Source of the DNA: Basidiobolus meristosporus CBS 931.73
Lineage: Eukaryota; Fungi; Basidiobolomycota
Direction: 5' to 3'
DNA: 64,000 bases
Assembly (NCBI GenBank): GCA_002104905.1
Contig: MCFE01000038.1
Coordinates: 124,001 to 188,000, forward strand
The notes beneath the pieces are model-generated. The model made no database searches. It was given only the letters and a program-made list of their open reading frames with translations, and had not been told where the DNA came from. Positions within the stretch are counted from its first letter, which is position 1; each line of letters starts with the position of its first letter. Shown in pieces: positions 1-11,600 of this stretch. The translations under genes were made by a program, and so were the position numbers.

Positions 1-3000
1 ATTATTCTTAACCCCACGCTGGAGAATCACCACTTGCTCCTTGGCAACCTCGGTGACAACCTGTTGGAGTTCTTGAATCTGCGAGCTAATCCGATCAATC
101 TGTGATGCGAATTCCCTGGGAATGGCGGCGTACACTTCCTTGTTGACTAGTATCTTTTGCTGCTCGAACAGATTCTCCACTCTATCGTCTAGCTTGCGGA
201 GCTCTTCAATGATGCTACCTATGCCCTTGCCATTCTGTTGGGTGTTGCCAATGGATTTACGAAGAAGCTCTTGCTGGCGAACAATCAAAGCGCCAAGCTC
301 CCTTCGAAGGTTGTTCACACCCGCTCCTAACGATTGAATGTGCATATTCTGTGCCTTGATGGCATCCAGAACCCTTTCATCGTTGGCTATCTTATCTTGG
401 CGAACGAGAATTGCGTTTATGGCCTCCCCTAGACCGGTTATTTTGTCATTCAACGCATTTACCTCACCGTGAATGATCTTGTTCTCAGACGTTGACTGGT
501 TCTGGCCACGTTTTTGGTTCTGAATTATGACATTCTGTCGATTGCTAAGAACACGGACTTGTTCATTCATGTTGAACATGAGTTTGCTCAGGGTCTGTAT
601 TTCGTCGACGATCTGTTTGGGGATATGGCTTATTACTTGTGGCCTTGTCAAATCGCCCTGTCGTCTGACGATGTTATTCACCGCACTACTTAGATCGGTA
701 AACCTCTGGATTAAGAGTTCCATTCGCGAATTGTTGCCCGCCTGGTTAGGGCCATTTGCACGCAAGATCTCTGTCTGAACTGTCAGCAGTTTGGTCATCT
801 GAGCGCGGAGTTGTTCTAGTTGTTGGTTCATTTTTTCAATACTTTCCGCTTGCTGCTGTAGTACTTTGACGACATCATCCCGCCGCAAAAGCTCTGACTG
901 CTCAGAAAGAATCTGATTGACTGCGTTCTTGAGAGGACCGAATTCTTGGGCGATGTCGGAGACGTACTTGCTGATGGTGGTAAGGTGACGATCGTCTTTC
1001 CTCTCCAGTTGCAACAGGTTGCTTTGCCCCTGCGATAGCTTGGCAATTAGATTACCCAGAGCTGAAAAGCGGGAATTCAGATTTTCAACTACGGCTAATG
1101 CCTCCCGGGATATCTGTGAGCCAACCTCGGGATTGCCCAGCTGCTTTTGATACCCAATGATCTGGGCGACTATATCACGCAGTGCTCGAAGCTCGCCGTA
1201 TATCGGCCTAAGAACTTTGTTCGTTTCTTCTCCTGAGCCGCCATTAGAGGAATCCAGCTTCGTAAGAATAACCGACTGCTGCTCTACCAGACTGGCGAAG
1301 CGCGAGTTCAGGTCGTTCAGTTTTCGGTCCAAATTGTTGATTTGGCTTGACTGAACTTGCAGTATTTTGACGACTTGGTCGTTATTGAAAATTTTGGCTT
1401 GAGCTGCGAACGTGTCTCTCACAAAGCCCGTGAGGCCATTCAGCTGCTCCGAGAGGGTGTGTATCTCATTGATCAAGCGTTCTGGCACCTTTCTGCTAGA
1501 ATCTCTCGCAATGATTGCCATCTGGCTATTGGAGAACTGGTTCACTGACTGGATCAATTCTCCAAAGCGCGAGTCAAGCTTCCTTAACTCCTCAACAACC
1601 TCTTCAGGAACACGCCCATTCAGTTTAGCATTGAACAGTCTTCCTTGTTGCACAACTAGTTGGTTAATGAAGTTTTGAAGACCAGTAAGCTTCTCAATAA
1701 TGGCGCTATCACGGACCCTATCGCCACTATAACCAACACGTCTAAGCAGCATGGCCTGAATGCGTACGATCTCGTCCACCTTTCTGGCTAGACCCAGTAA
1801 CTCATTGTCAACCTTATCGGTCTTTCTGAGATTCTGCTTCAACAGCTCTGTATGAGTGAGGAGGATCTGTGTTTGTTCTGCATATAGGTTTTTCACATAA
1901 GACCCTAGCTGTCTGATGGAGTCCAGGATATAGCCCGCATTCTTGTTTACCTCCGCAGCGATCGCGCTTCCCTCTTTTTGACGTAAAGCACTTTGCTGTG
2001 CTAAAAGTCGATCCACAGTGTCGCTGAGTTTGGTGATTTTGGCGTTTATCACGGATATAGCAAATGGAACTTTTTGGTTGTATGAATCTTTCCATCTGGT
2101 CTGTAGAATTGCGGTCTGCTGGTTAACCAGTTTAAAGACGATATCACGTAATTCTGCCAACTCATTTGCGGTCTTGTCGAGGGAGGCGGTATTGTGGTTT
2201 TCCTGGCCCATCAAAGCCTGCTGCCCATTTACGAGTTGTTGAACCCGGTTCCCTAAAGTGGTAAGCTTATAGCTTACATTTTTGAAGGTTTGCATTTGCT
2301 GTTCACCAAGTGCACCAATGCGTTTAAGAATCTCGAGCTGCACGACCGAGGTACGGCTTATTCCCTGGTTGAGTTGAATCAGCTCAGCAGTAAGCTTTTC
2401 GAACCGAGAGCCGACTCCATCCGCAAATGCCTTTCCTCCACCAAGTCCAAGGAGGATTCTCTGTTGCTCCGAGAAGATTTGCCCAATAGCGTTGCTAAGC
2501 TTGCTTAGTTCCGCTCGTAATCTCTCCGCTTCTTTGGCTACATCCTCAGAAAAGTCGCCGTGAACATTTCGAGCCAGAGCGTTTTGCTGCTCTAGGATCA
2601 AACGAGCGTTTCTACTGATTTCTTGCAACACTGCAAAGAGACGACCATCGTTAACACCACTTCGTTTGGCGTCGGTGGATTCCTGCTCGTACAATGCTTC
2701 TTGTTGCTTGAGAACCTGATCGATTTTATTGTTCAGCTTCCCAACCTCAAACGAAAGGCTTTGAATTCCCCTGTTTTGTCCGTCGAAGAAACGCACTATT
2801 TCATTGCGGGTGATAAGTTGTGACTGAGATTGAGCCAACTTGCTGACGATATCGAATAGCTGCTCGAATTGCTCATTATAGTTGTGAGCGTCAGTGTTCG
2901 GAGAGGGCTGTCCTTTGTATTGAAGAAGTTGATCTTGCTTCAATAGAAGCACTCGAATGAACTGACCAAGCTGATTCAGGCCTGCTTCTATGTTAGCGAT

Positions 3001-6000
3001 CTCTTGTTTCAACTCGGTTGATAGGCCAGCATTGGATTTGGCAAGAATCAATCTCCTCTGTTCGTCAATCAATTGAGAGACCGCTTTTTCTAATTCAAAC
3101 AGTCGGGCGTTTGTATTGGAGTCACCATTGTGTACCTCATAGTTGACTAGCTTCTGTTGCTGACTAATCAATTTGGTGACATCGGATCCGAGGGCATTCA
3201 GTTTTTGGTTCACAAGTCTAAAATTGTTGTCTTGAGATCTCCAGAGCATGTTTACTGCCTTGAGCAGCCCAGCTTGATATTTGGTTAGGTCGTTCACTGC
3301 CATATTGAGCCTTCCAATTTTGGCATTGATCTGTAGTGCGATTTTCTGTGTATCTTCACTTCGAGAATTGACATTTCGCAACAAAGCGCTTTCCTCCTCA
3401 ACCACGTGCTGAATGGCTTGGTTCAGGAGGAGCAGTCTCCGTGTCATATTCTCAATGTCACCAAGACGTTTGCCTGAGATATTTGACGCCACATAGGCAA
3501 AGAGTTGGTCTTGCCCATCAGTTAGCCTTTGGACTGCCCTGTACAGGCCAGTCAGTGCCCTTATTTGATCGCCGTAATTATGATCTGCGTTACCCCGACC
3601 GGGGTGGCTTTTTTCCCACTCTATCAATCCGTTTATAGAGTTCTGGATTTGGGCTGTCTGCGCACCAAGTCTTTTGATATCTTTGGATTGTGACTCAATC
3701 AAAGAGAAGTACTTCGGTATGTTCAAGAGCACGTTCTGTTGCCTATTGAGGAGCGCCGCAATATCGTTCAGTTGTCCAAATCTCGCCATTATCAAGTCAA
3801 GTCTCTTGTTTGTATCTTGAGCATTAGCAGCGTTCTCTTTGCTAAGATGGCTCAAAATTTCATTCTGTTGGTTGACTAGTCGATCAATAACAAAACTCAG
3901 TTTCGCCACACGTTCGTTCATGTTTGCAACACTTCTCTCCAACCCAGAATCTTGATTCCCGTTGATTTTCAATGATAATAGCTTCTCCTGATCTTGAACC
4001 AATTGATAAACAACAGTGCTGAGCCGCTCCAGCTGTTTATCAGTTTGGAGGTTGCCACGATTATTGCGAACGTATTCGTTGCTGAGAAGATTTCTCTGCT
4101 GCTGGATAAGGGTGCCCATGGCGGTCCTTAGGTTTGCAAGCTGTTGCCCAATCTTGTTTATGTCACCTGAGTAATCCTTCAGCCTTAGAGAGAAATCACC
4201 ACCCAAAATTCGACTTTGTTGCCTTGTAATAAGTGCAAGTACATCATTTAGTCTGTTCAGTTTGCCATGGATCAATTGAACGCTTTGTGCCTCCCCCTGA
4301 TCATTTTTCAGCACTTGTTCTTGCTCGGCACTGATCCTTTCTACTACGTTGTAAATGCGGCTAGACTGCTCTGCCAGCATTTCAATCACTCTTTCGAGGC
4401 CTGCAGGTATTTTCCCGCCAGATCCACGAATTAGCACCCTTTGCTCCTTGATGATTTCCGTAACCGAATAACGTAGCTGGTTGAGCATGGCCTCGAGGTT
4501 ACGGTATTCCTCCGAATCATGGTTAGGGCCGTTTCCGAGAGAGCCGAATCTCTCAGAGATGGCCCGTTGCTGGGTGATCAGGTGATCCATCCTCTGACCT
4601 AAAGAGTTCAACTTGGAATCTAGCACAGCGATTCTGTTATCGTGGCGTGATGGGCTTTCAGGGATTGCTTTTCCACGCAGGAGCTCCTTCTGTTGGTACG
4701 CCAGCAAATTGATTACCTCACCAAGACGTTCTATCTGCATGGATAGTTTCTGGACTTCTTGAGAATTGTACTCCGCGTTAGGCTGGCCTGATTGGGAGCC
4801 AATTTTGCTTGCCAAGATTCGCTGCTCTTGAAGCAGGCGAGTGACAACTGAGCCCAGGTCTGCCAGTTTGTAGTTCACACTTTGGATGTCTCTTCTCACA
4901 CGATCCGAGTTTTTGCCGTTTTCGTATCTACCAAGCAAAACCTGCTGGTCCTGAATAAGTTGATTGACTGTTCTTCGAAGCTGCTCCAGCTTGAGGGTAA
5001 TGTTGTTTCCAAGATTTTTGTCAGCAGCCATATCCACTTTCTGCAACTTGGATTGCTCGTCGAGAAGTTGAATCAGTCTGGTGCCTATCTCCGTAACGTG
5101 ATGGTCCATCTTGGTGATAACGTCTGTTTGCTGCTTAATCCAGTTTTTCTGCGTGGCAAGCATATTTACTACATTCCACAGCCTCTCGAAGTAGCCATTT
5201 AATCTCTTCCAGTGGTCATCCGATAATCCTTCATTCGAGTCTGACAGCTTTATCAACCTTCCCTGTTCGTTTACAAGTCCTCTGATGATCATGCTCAGAT
5301 TGACGATATTTTGGTTTAGATTCCCAATATCGCGGACCAGCTCCTGAGGATAGTTGCCAGCTCTGGGTGGAAGGTAGTAATTGCTTTCCTTGCTAACAAG
5401 CTGCATGATGACCTGCTGTAATTGGCTCAACCGTCTTGCAATATCACCGTACTCCTTACTATCTCGTCCATCAGTGAACCGCTCAAGTAGCTCAGTTTGC
5501 TGGGCAGCCAGCGTTTTCATTCCCTGCTTAACCCCTTCAAGATTTTGGACGACCTTCTCGGAGTCGATGCTGCCTCCGGAGCTTGACCAACCGGTGTTGT
5601 TGATTAGGTTCATTTCCCTCTTGACCAACATATCTAAGGAGTTGCTTGTCTTCCCTAATCTCTGTATCAGCTCTTCAACTGTTCTGATAGATCCGGCATA
5701 GTCAGCGTCTTTATAATCGACTTGTCGGAGCTGTTGAAGCGCAAGCTTTAGGCTTGTAAACAAGCCATCCACTCGTTTGTTAAGGTCTTTCATTTGAGTA
5801 TACTCCCGACTTATGAGTTGCACAGTTTCGGCATGATTCTGCTTTTCCTCCATGGTGCTCTTGTTCAGCCGTTGCTCGATGAAATCCTTGAATTGATCGA
5901 ATTCTTTACGCAGCTGGTAGACCCCTTCATTGTCCTGCAGGGAAGATTTGTCCAAGCGAGAGAGGAAGGAGGATACCTCATTGGAGATTGACGTGATTGA

Positions 6001-7179
6001 CCCCTCCATTCTGCTCAAATTCCCGCGGATCTCTCTCAACTCCTGGCTAGAATTCGAACTGTATGATGGCCTAGTAATATCTTGATTGCTGGAGGAGTAG
6101 CTAGGTAAATTACCAACGGCTCTCAAAAGATCCGTAATTCTTTCATTGATCTCGTTCATGTCTTTGGCGGAACGGACAATGATGCGATTTTGCTGCTGCT
6201 CTATACGGGATTCCTTCGCAGAGACCTGGTTCAAACCCTTTTTGATCTCCGATAATTTTGCGTTGATTGAATCCATCTCGAATAGAGTTTTGGAGGAAGC
6301 CCCTAGCACTCTACTGGTTTGAGATTGGATTTTAGTGTTTTGTTCGGAAACTATCCCGACTGCTCGCGCTAGCTCGGTGATTTTCCTGTTTAATTCATCC
6401 ATCCCTTCTACTACTCCGTCGACATGAGTATTTTGGACGGTGTGGTGCTCTCCTACCCCGCCTTTGGTGGATCTGAGTACTGCTTCAGACAACGCCAAGG
6501 TAAGTTGGTCTAACTTCGCATCTAGTATTTGAAATTCCTTTGATTTCTCTAACTGGGCAGACACGTTGATGTGCGGTCTCTCGACGGCACCCTTCCGAGT
6601 AGTTTGGACATTCGTTGGCAGATCAACTGCCGCTTGTTCGATATACGTATCTCCTCCATCCAAGACAGAGTCAACATATCTCAACTGGCCATCCGGGAAA
6701 AGGGCGACCTGACTACCGGGAGCCACGCTAACAGCACTGGCGAAGTAATTTGATAAAGGATAGTCGCCTATTTCCACAAACGAGGGAAATCCAATTTCCG
6801 ACTCCGCTAATTCGATCCCAAGCTCCTCAATATCATCCCAGGAATCGGCAATGAATTCCAATGGTTGCTCATACACTATGGTGCCAACCAGCTCCTGCTT
6901 CAGACCCAATGGACCGGGATATCCCACGAAGGAGCGATTTCTGAGGGCTGAAGCATGGCTCTTGGTTATCAAAGGGCCTCCAGTCTTCTGGTGAGAAGGC
7001 TTGCTCTTGGGTTGGATTGCCTTGTTTTCGAGGGGGTGATCTTGATCAAGTTCCTTTGATGCACCTGAATCGCCATTTACAGCATGGGCTACGGCCAGCT
7101 GTGAGATTAGGAAAAGATTACGACGAAAATTGGATTTACGAGGAGCATCACTATTGCTGGCTGAGGTTTCGAATAACAT
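1..7179 (-). CDS. Giant helical-repeat protein A (3'-partial; at least 2393 aa, continues beyond position 1); paralog of the plus-strand giant protein
   Basis: I read plus-strand frame 1 from 1 to 7179 and found no TTA/CTA/TCA triplet, so the minus frame is open throughout. First ATG at 7179, upstream in-frame stop at 7203-7201. Begins MLFETSASNSDAPRKSNFRRNLFLISQLAVAHAVNG, contains VALFPDGQLR, then recurring LxxxVxxLVxxQxxLL units. It has no stop inside the window, which is the likely reason it is absent from the ORF track. The 5' exon structure is uncertain: an intron-like GTAAAT..CTAAT..CAG lies at 7139-7099. Confidence 0.92.
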   Translation of the reverse strand, partial: MLFETSASNSDAPRKSNFRRNLFLISQLAVAHAVNGDSGASKELDQDHPLENKAIQPKSKPSHQKTGGPLITKSHASALRNRSFVGYPGPLGLKQELVGTIVYEQPLEFIADSWDDIEELGIELAESEIGFPSFVEIGDYPLSNYFASAVSVAPGSQVALFPDGQLRYVDSVLDGGDTYIEQAAVDLPTNVQTTRKGAVERPHINVSAQLEKSKEFQILDAKLDQLTLALSEAVLRSTKGGVGEHHTVQNTHVDGVVEGMDELNRKITELARAVGIVSEQNTKIQSQTSRVLGASSKTLFEMDSINAKLSEIKKGLNQVSAKESRIEQQQNRIIVRSAKDMNEINERITDLLRAVGNLPSYSSSNQDITRPSYSSNSSQELREIRGNLSRMEGSITSISNEVSSFLSRLDKSSLQDNEGVYQLRKEFDQFKDFIEQRLNKSTMEEKQNHAETVQLISREYTQMKDLNKRVDGLFTSLKLALQQLRQVDYKDADYAGSIRTVEELIQRLGKTSNSLDMLVKREMNLINNTGWSSSGGSIDSEKVVQNLEGVKQGMKTLAAQQTELLERFTDGRDSKEYGDIARRLSQLQQVIMQLVSKESNYYLPPRAGNYPQELVRDIGNLNQNIVNLSMIIRGLVNEQGRLIKLSDSNEGLSDDHWKRLNGYFERLWNVVNMLATQKNWIKQQTDVITKMDHHVTEIGTRLIQLLDEQSKLQKVDMAADKNLGNNITLKLEQLRRTVNQLIQDQQVLLGRYENGKNSDRVRRDIQSVNYKLADLGSVVTRLLQEQRILASKIGSQSGQPNAEYNSQEVQKLSMQIERLGEVINLLAYQQKELLRGKAIPESPSRHDNRIAVLDSKLNSLGQRMDHLITQQRAISERFGSLGNGPNHDSEEYRNLEAMLNQLRYSVTEIIKEQRVLIRGSGGKIPAGLERVIEMLAEQSSRIYNVVERISAEQEQVLKNDQGEAQSVQLIHGKLNRLNDVLALITRQQSRILGGDFSLRLKDYSGDINKIGQQLANLRTAMGTLIQQQRNLLSNEYVRNNRGNLQTDKQLERLSTVVYQLVQDQEKLLSLKINGNQDSGLERSVANMNERVAKLSFVIDRLVNQQNEILSHLSKENAANAQDTNKRLDLIMARFGQLNDIAALLNRQQNVLLNIPKYFSLIESQSKDIKRLGAQTAQIQNSINGLIEWEKSHPGRGNADHNYGDQIRALTGLYRAVQRLTDGQDQLFAYVASNISGKRLGDIENMTRRLLLLNQAIQHVVEEESALLRNVNSRSEDTQKIALQINAKIGRLNMAVNDLTKYQAGLLKAVNMLWRSQDNNFRLVNQKLNALGSDVTKLISQQQKLVNYEVHNGDSNTNARLFELEKAVSQLIDEQRRLILAKSNAGLSTELKQEIANIEAGLNQLGQFIRVLLLKQDQLLQYKGQPSPNTDAHNYNEQFEQLFDIVSKLAQSQSQLITRNEIVRFFDGQNRGIQSLSFEVGKLNNKIDQVLKQQEALYEQESTDAKRSGVNDGRLFAVLQEISRNARLILEQQNALARNVHGDFSEDVAKEAERLRAELSKLSNAIGQIFSEQQRILLGLGGGKAFADGVGSRFEKLTAELIQLNQGISRTSVVQLEILKRIGALGEQQMQTFKNVSYKLTTLGNRVQQLVNGQQALMGQENHNTASLDKTANELAELRDIVFKLVNQQTAILQTRWKDSYNQKVPFAISVINAKITKLSDTVDRLLAQQSALRQKEGSAIAAEVNKNAGYILDSIRQLGSYVKNLYAEQTQILLTHTELLKQNLRKTDKVDNELLGLARKVDEIVRIQAMLLRRVGYSGDRVRDSAIIEKLTGLQNFINQLVVQQGRLFNAKLNGRVPEEVVEELRKLDSRFGELIQSVNQFSNSQMAIIARDSSRKVPERLINEIHTLSEQLNGLTGFVRDTFAAQAKIFNNDQVVKILQVQSSQINNLDRKLNDLNSRFASLVEQQSVILTKLDSSNGGSGEETNKVLRPIYGELRALRDIVAQIIGYQKQLGNPEVGSQISREALAVVENLNSRFSALGNLIAKLSQGQSNLLQLERKDDRHLTTISKYVSDIAQEFGPLKNAVNQILSEQSELLRRDDVVKVLQQQAESIEKMNQQLEQLRAQMTKLLTVQTEILRANGPNQAGNNSRMELLIQRFTDLSSAVNNIVRRQGDLTRPQVISHIPKQIVDEIQTLSKLMFNMNEQVRVLSNRQNVIIQNQKRGQNQSTSENKIIHGEVNALNDKITGLGEAINAILVRQDKIANDERVLDAIKAQNMHIQSLGAGVNNLRRELGALIVRQQELLRKSIGNTQQNGKGIGSIIEELRKLDDRVENLFEQQKILVNKEVYAAIPREFASQIDRISSQIQELQQVVTEVAKEQVVILQRGVKNN

Positions 7180-7314
7180 TACTTTGTCACTATCCTTAGC
7201 TCAATAGGAAATTCTAGGAACAGCTGTCGAGTATATTATGCCTGGTTTGGTCGATTAGTTTCTCCAAATGGATGACGAAGAGAAGCGATATTGTATATCG
7301 ATGAGTCAGATATA

Positions 7315-8256
7315 TCAAGTAAAAAGCAGATCCCAAAAATGTGGTGTGTTAGCGGAGAGGAAACCAAGCCTTTCGAGGAACAAAATTTTACGAATTGAAT
7401 GTATGTCAAAATTGATGGCGCCCTTGGAAATGTCGTCTGCAGGGACTTTTATACTGTTAGTGATTTCCGGCAGAATTGCAGCGAATCCATGAAACGGGGT
7501 TACACAATTCACTATGAATGAAACTGTTGAATCGACATTTCTTTGCAGTGTTTTAAGAAGATGCCAATTTTCTCCTATTTGTTCGTGCCGTTTGGCTAGC
7601 GTATCGCTGATTGATACCCCGTTGATCGCACCATCATATGGGCTGGAGGTCGTAACGGAGGGGCTTCGTGCATTTCTCAATTTGAGACTATTAAACAAGC
7701 CCCGGGCAACCCATTGATCGAGTACTTGGGTGCATTTCATATCCGCAGACGCGTCATTACAAGGAAAGAACTTTATCTAACCTTCGATATATGAATGTTT
7801 GATGTTGAGCCCAGAGCTGGGATCACCAATGATATGAGGGATCAAGCGGTTCCCCATCGATTGAACGTGGTCCTGTGGAAGGGTGCTCCCGATCGAGGCT
7901 TAAAAAACACATCCAGGTTTAAAAGCTACATGTTGCCAATGGTACCCCATCTGCGATAGTGAGCGCTGTGATTGCTGCATACCCATGCGTTTCTTTAAAC
8001 ATTATGATGGGTTTGAAGAAGTTACGAAACAGCCAGAACGCCCCACTATGTGAGCTAGCACATCCGGCTTGTCTCTTCGGAGCAGCCGCCGTTCTTGCCG
8101 GAGCATGAGGTGATCGGTCTGGATTTCATCCTGAGTGCTCATGAAACTTGGTGGCAGACTAGGCGTTTCCTCACAGAAGCCCCTCACCGGTCCACTGGTA
8201 TGTTTTCCGGTATGTGGTGAAGGCACTTCTTCGTTCGATCGTGCACCAGATATCAT
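7315..8256 (-). pseudogene. Decayed coding-like sequence between the two giant genes
   Basis: Track ORFs 8002-8256 and 7315-7740 lie in the same minus frame, separated by three in-frame stops. No family recognised. Confidence 0.25.
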
Positions 8257-8698
8257 GGATCTAGCATACTATGTGAGATTCATGCCATCTTGTGATTCGG
8301 CCAGAGGACTCAACACCAGCCAGCCTCATCAGGGAAAGGCGATCCATATGGAATCAACAATTTGTCAATACTCTCCCCAATTGGTTGACCCAAATCTATG
8401 GTAAAAGGCCTGGTGATGTTGTATTAACAACAAGCATGTTACATGTCGGTGGATTGTTTCCGGAAGAAAATCATGACCGCGTATCTCAAAACCAGAAAAA
8501 GACCGATGCTAATGCAATGAAGACTGTGCATAACCCACCGAACCTTATAAATATGAAGAGATTCAAAGCGGTGGATACTCCACTTTCCTTACGCAAACGA
8601 ACACAGTGCAAAGTCTCACGTTTGAGTATTTGACATCACAGTTTTGCATTCAATCATCAATTTCATAGACTGTTATAGTATCGAACATTCATCGCACC

Positions 8699-11600
8699 AT
8701 GTTGGCCAATTCCAATAGAACTTATGCTGGGAAGAATCGGCTCATGGCGTTATATCTGTTCAGCCAGCTTGTATGGAGCAGTGCAAGCAACGGAGAGGAT
8801 TTGAGCCCAGTCGTTGATAGCGACACTAGGGAATCTCTTGCTAATCAGAGAAAGCCCATGATTTCTCACGCCACTAGCAATGCCCTTGACAGACATCCAC
8901 AGCATTCCAGATCTTCAGGGCCAGCAAAAAGCTTGGATATTCATACACTAGTGAATGAGCACCCTGCTGAACGCAAATCACCAGGGGCCTCGGGTGAGCA
9001 GATCGTACTCTTTCCTGACAACAAGTTGAGGCTTCTGGGAGGCGCTCAAAACTTGAACGACAAGGAGTTTGGTTTAAACGAGTTAGCCCGTGCTGGTTAT
9101 GGGCCGAAGAAAGATGGTAAGTGGTCGATTGAATAGTGGAGATGAGAACACTCCTAATCCAATGATTTCGATTTAGCTAAGAAGCGATCTGGAACATATG
9201 CTCCAATTCAAAAGAATGTAAAGCAGTCACCGAAAAGCCAGTCACACAAAGAAGAAAGGCTGAATGATAGAATTGACAAGGGAGTCCTTGAACTAGAGCC
9301 GAAGGTACCAGGGCTCTCTCCTCGACAACACTCCCGCGCCAACCATTCGGGGATACCTGGGGAACTCCCCCAAGTAATTCAGGAAGAAGCGGCTGATACC
9401 AAAAAAACTCTAGACCGAATGGGGACCCTTAGAAGCCTTCTCGGAGAATTATCCGCTATTGAGAAAAACACTCGTATCATGAATCAGGAGACACGCCAGT
9501 ATGTTAAGAATACTGCGACAAGGGTGCAGCAAGCCTTTGGCGCTATTGAGAAAGCGCTCAGCCAACAGTCCGAACTTCGTCGACGCCGTCAGGGTGACCC
9601 ATTCGTGGTAGGAACTAATGAAGTTCACGAGATGGATCATAAGATTCAAATGCTTATCGAGGCGATGTCGATTGTATTAAATGAAGTTAAATCCTCATTT
9701 TCTCTTCTTGGCGACTCGACAATGCTTGCTACCTCAACCACTAAGCATATTGACTCGAAGATTGATGATTTATTCACTGTGGTCGGTGCTTTTACCCAAA
9801 AGCAAAGTACCCTGCTTGGGCGTATCACTCAACTCTCGCAATCACAAGAACTGAGCTTTAGAAAAGTCAACCAGCGATTGAACTCTCTTGGGGACGGCAT
9901 CAACCAGCTTATGGCCCGTCAAGGACAACTTTGGAGCAAGTATGGACATGATACTGTGAATAGTTTTGGGTTTACCCAAACCAAACTACAGGAATTGGGG
10001 AAATCAGTCGAAGGGATAGTGAATGAGCAACGGAAGCTTGTGTATTTCTTATCCAAAGGGAATGCTATCAGGTCAACAGGAGTACTGAAAGAGCTTTCGA
10101 AGCTCGACGGGGGAATGAATCAACTGTCGAAATTTGTTCAACGTGTGCTTGAGCATCAAAACAAGTTGTTGTCGTACACATTGAAGGGCAACGACTCGAT
10201 CAAGAAACAAGACAAAAGTCTGCGCATCTTTGGAGAGCAATTAGACAACCTATATAGAATGGTAGATCAGGTGGCAGTAACCCAAAAGCATTTAATCACC
10301 CGCGAAGAAATTATCGATCTGTTCAAGAAGCAAAATGGAGATATTAAAGGCCTGTCCTTAGAACTTGCTGAAATTGGCAATCGAGTCGTTCTACTACTTA
10401 ACCGACAGAAGGATGCGCTGAGGAGTGGCCAAACAAAAAGTAAGGAGTTGAATGAACTAGGCCAGATGCTTTCGCAGGTGGACGGGGGTGTACGCAAGTT
10501 ACTGGTGCAACAGAATATACTGCTGCAAAATGGGCCGAAACTACACAAGGACGTTACGCAAGTCGGAGCATTGCGCGGGCAACTTATGAACCTTAGAAAG
10601 GTTGTCTCCCAAATATCTGAAAGACAGGATCACCTCCTTCAACAACAGCAAGCAGGCACAAAGTATATTCTGGATGATGTTGGCCAGGTGAAAAATAATC
10701 TTTCCAAGCTGAGCCAAGCTGTGGAGAAAATCACACAGCTTCAACTGAACCTCATACAACGTGGTGGTTTAACTCCAGAACAAGCACATGACCTTCAATA
10801 CATCAAGTCCGAGTTGGGAAATCTGGATGGAAAGGTTGCGGTTCTGGTAGAGCAGCAACACGTGCTAGTCAATAAGCTTTCTGCAGGTCCATCAGGTAAC
10901 AAAGGAATCGTCCGAATTGTTCGCACTCTCGATGAACTACGTAAAGCAATATCCCAACTGACGAAGCAGCAAACCTATGTTCTATCCCAAAAACCCGATA
11001 TAGCCGCTAGTCAAAACATTCTAAATGGAGTTTCCCAACTTAACAAGAAACTCTTAAGCCTAGGCAAGGATGTGGATCAATTGTTCGCTTTGCAGAAGAC
11101 TTTGCTTACTCAATCAGCTAAAGACTCGAGTACCATAGTTAAGATAACCGAGAAATTGGATTCGAAAGTTGGACAGCTTGATGCTTATGTAAAGGAGTTG
11201 TTGTTGGAACAGAAGGCCGTTCTACTGGATACTTCGAAGTTGATCAAACAGAATTTGATCCAGAATGATAAGCTCAGTGCAGAAGTGAAGGCTGTGGACA
11301 AAAAGTTGGAAAATCTGGTGCGAATTCAGTTTAACCTACTGAAGCGTATCAATGGCGAGCGTAACCCCAAAGAGACCGTTGCCATTCTTCAGAAGCTAAG
11401 CGAACTCACAAGCCTAACAAACCAGTTGATGGAACAGCAAAAGAAGTTGGCCTACGCTTCTTCTACTGGAAAAGTCTCACAGACGACCCTTCAGCAGTTA
11501 GGCACACTAAACGAGAAATACAACCAGCTAGCAAAAATTATAGACCAAATTTCCTCCAAGCAAAACACTCTGGTTGATGTTTCTAACGATAGCAATGCTA

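Noticed and set aside
122-7199. Numerous 60-106 aa ORFs in the track
   Set aside because: They are alternative-frame or antisense shadows of the giant minus-strand ORF.
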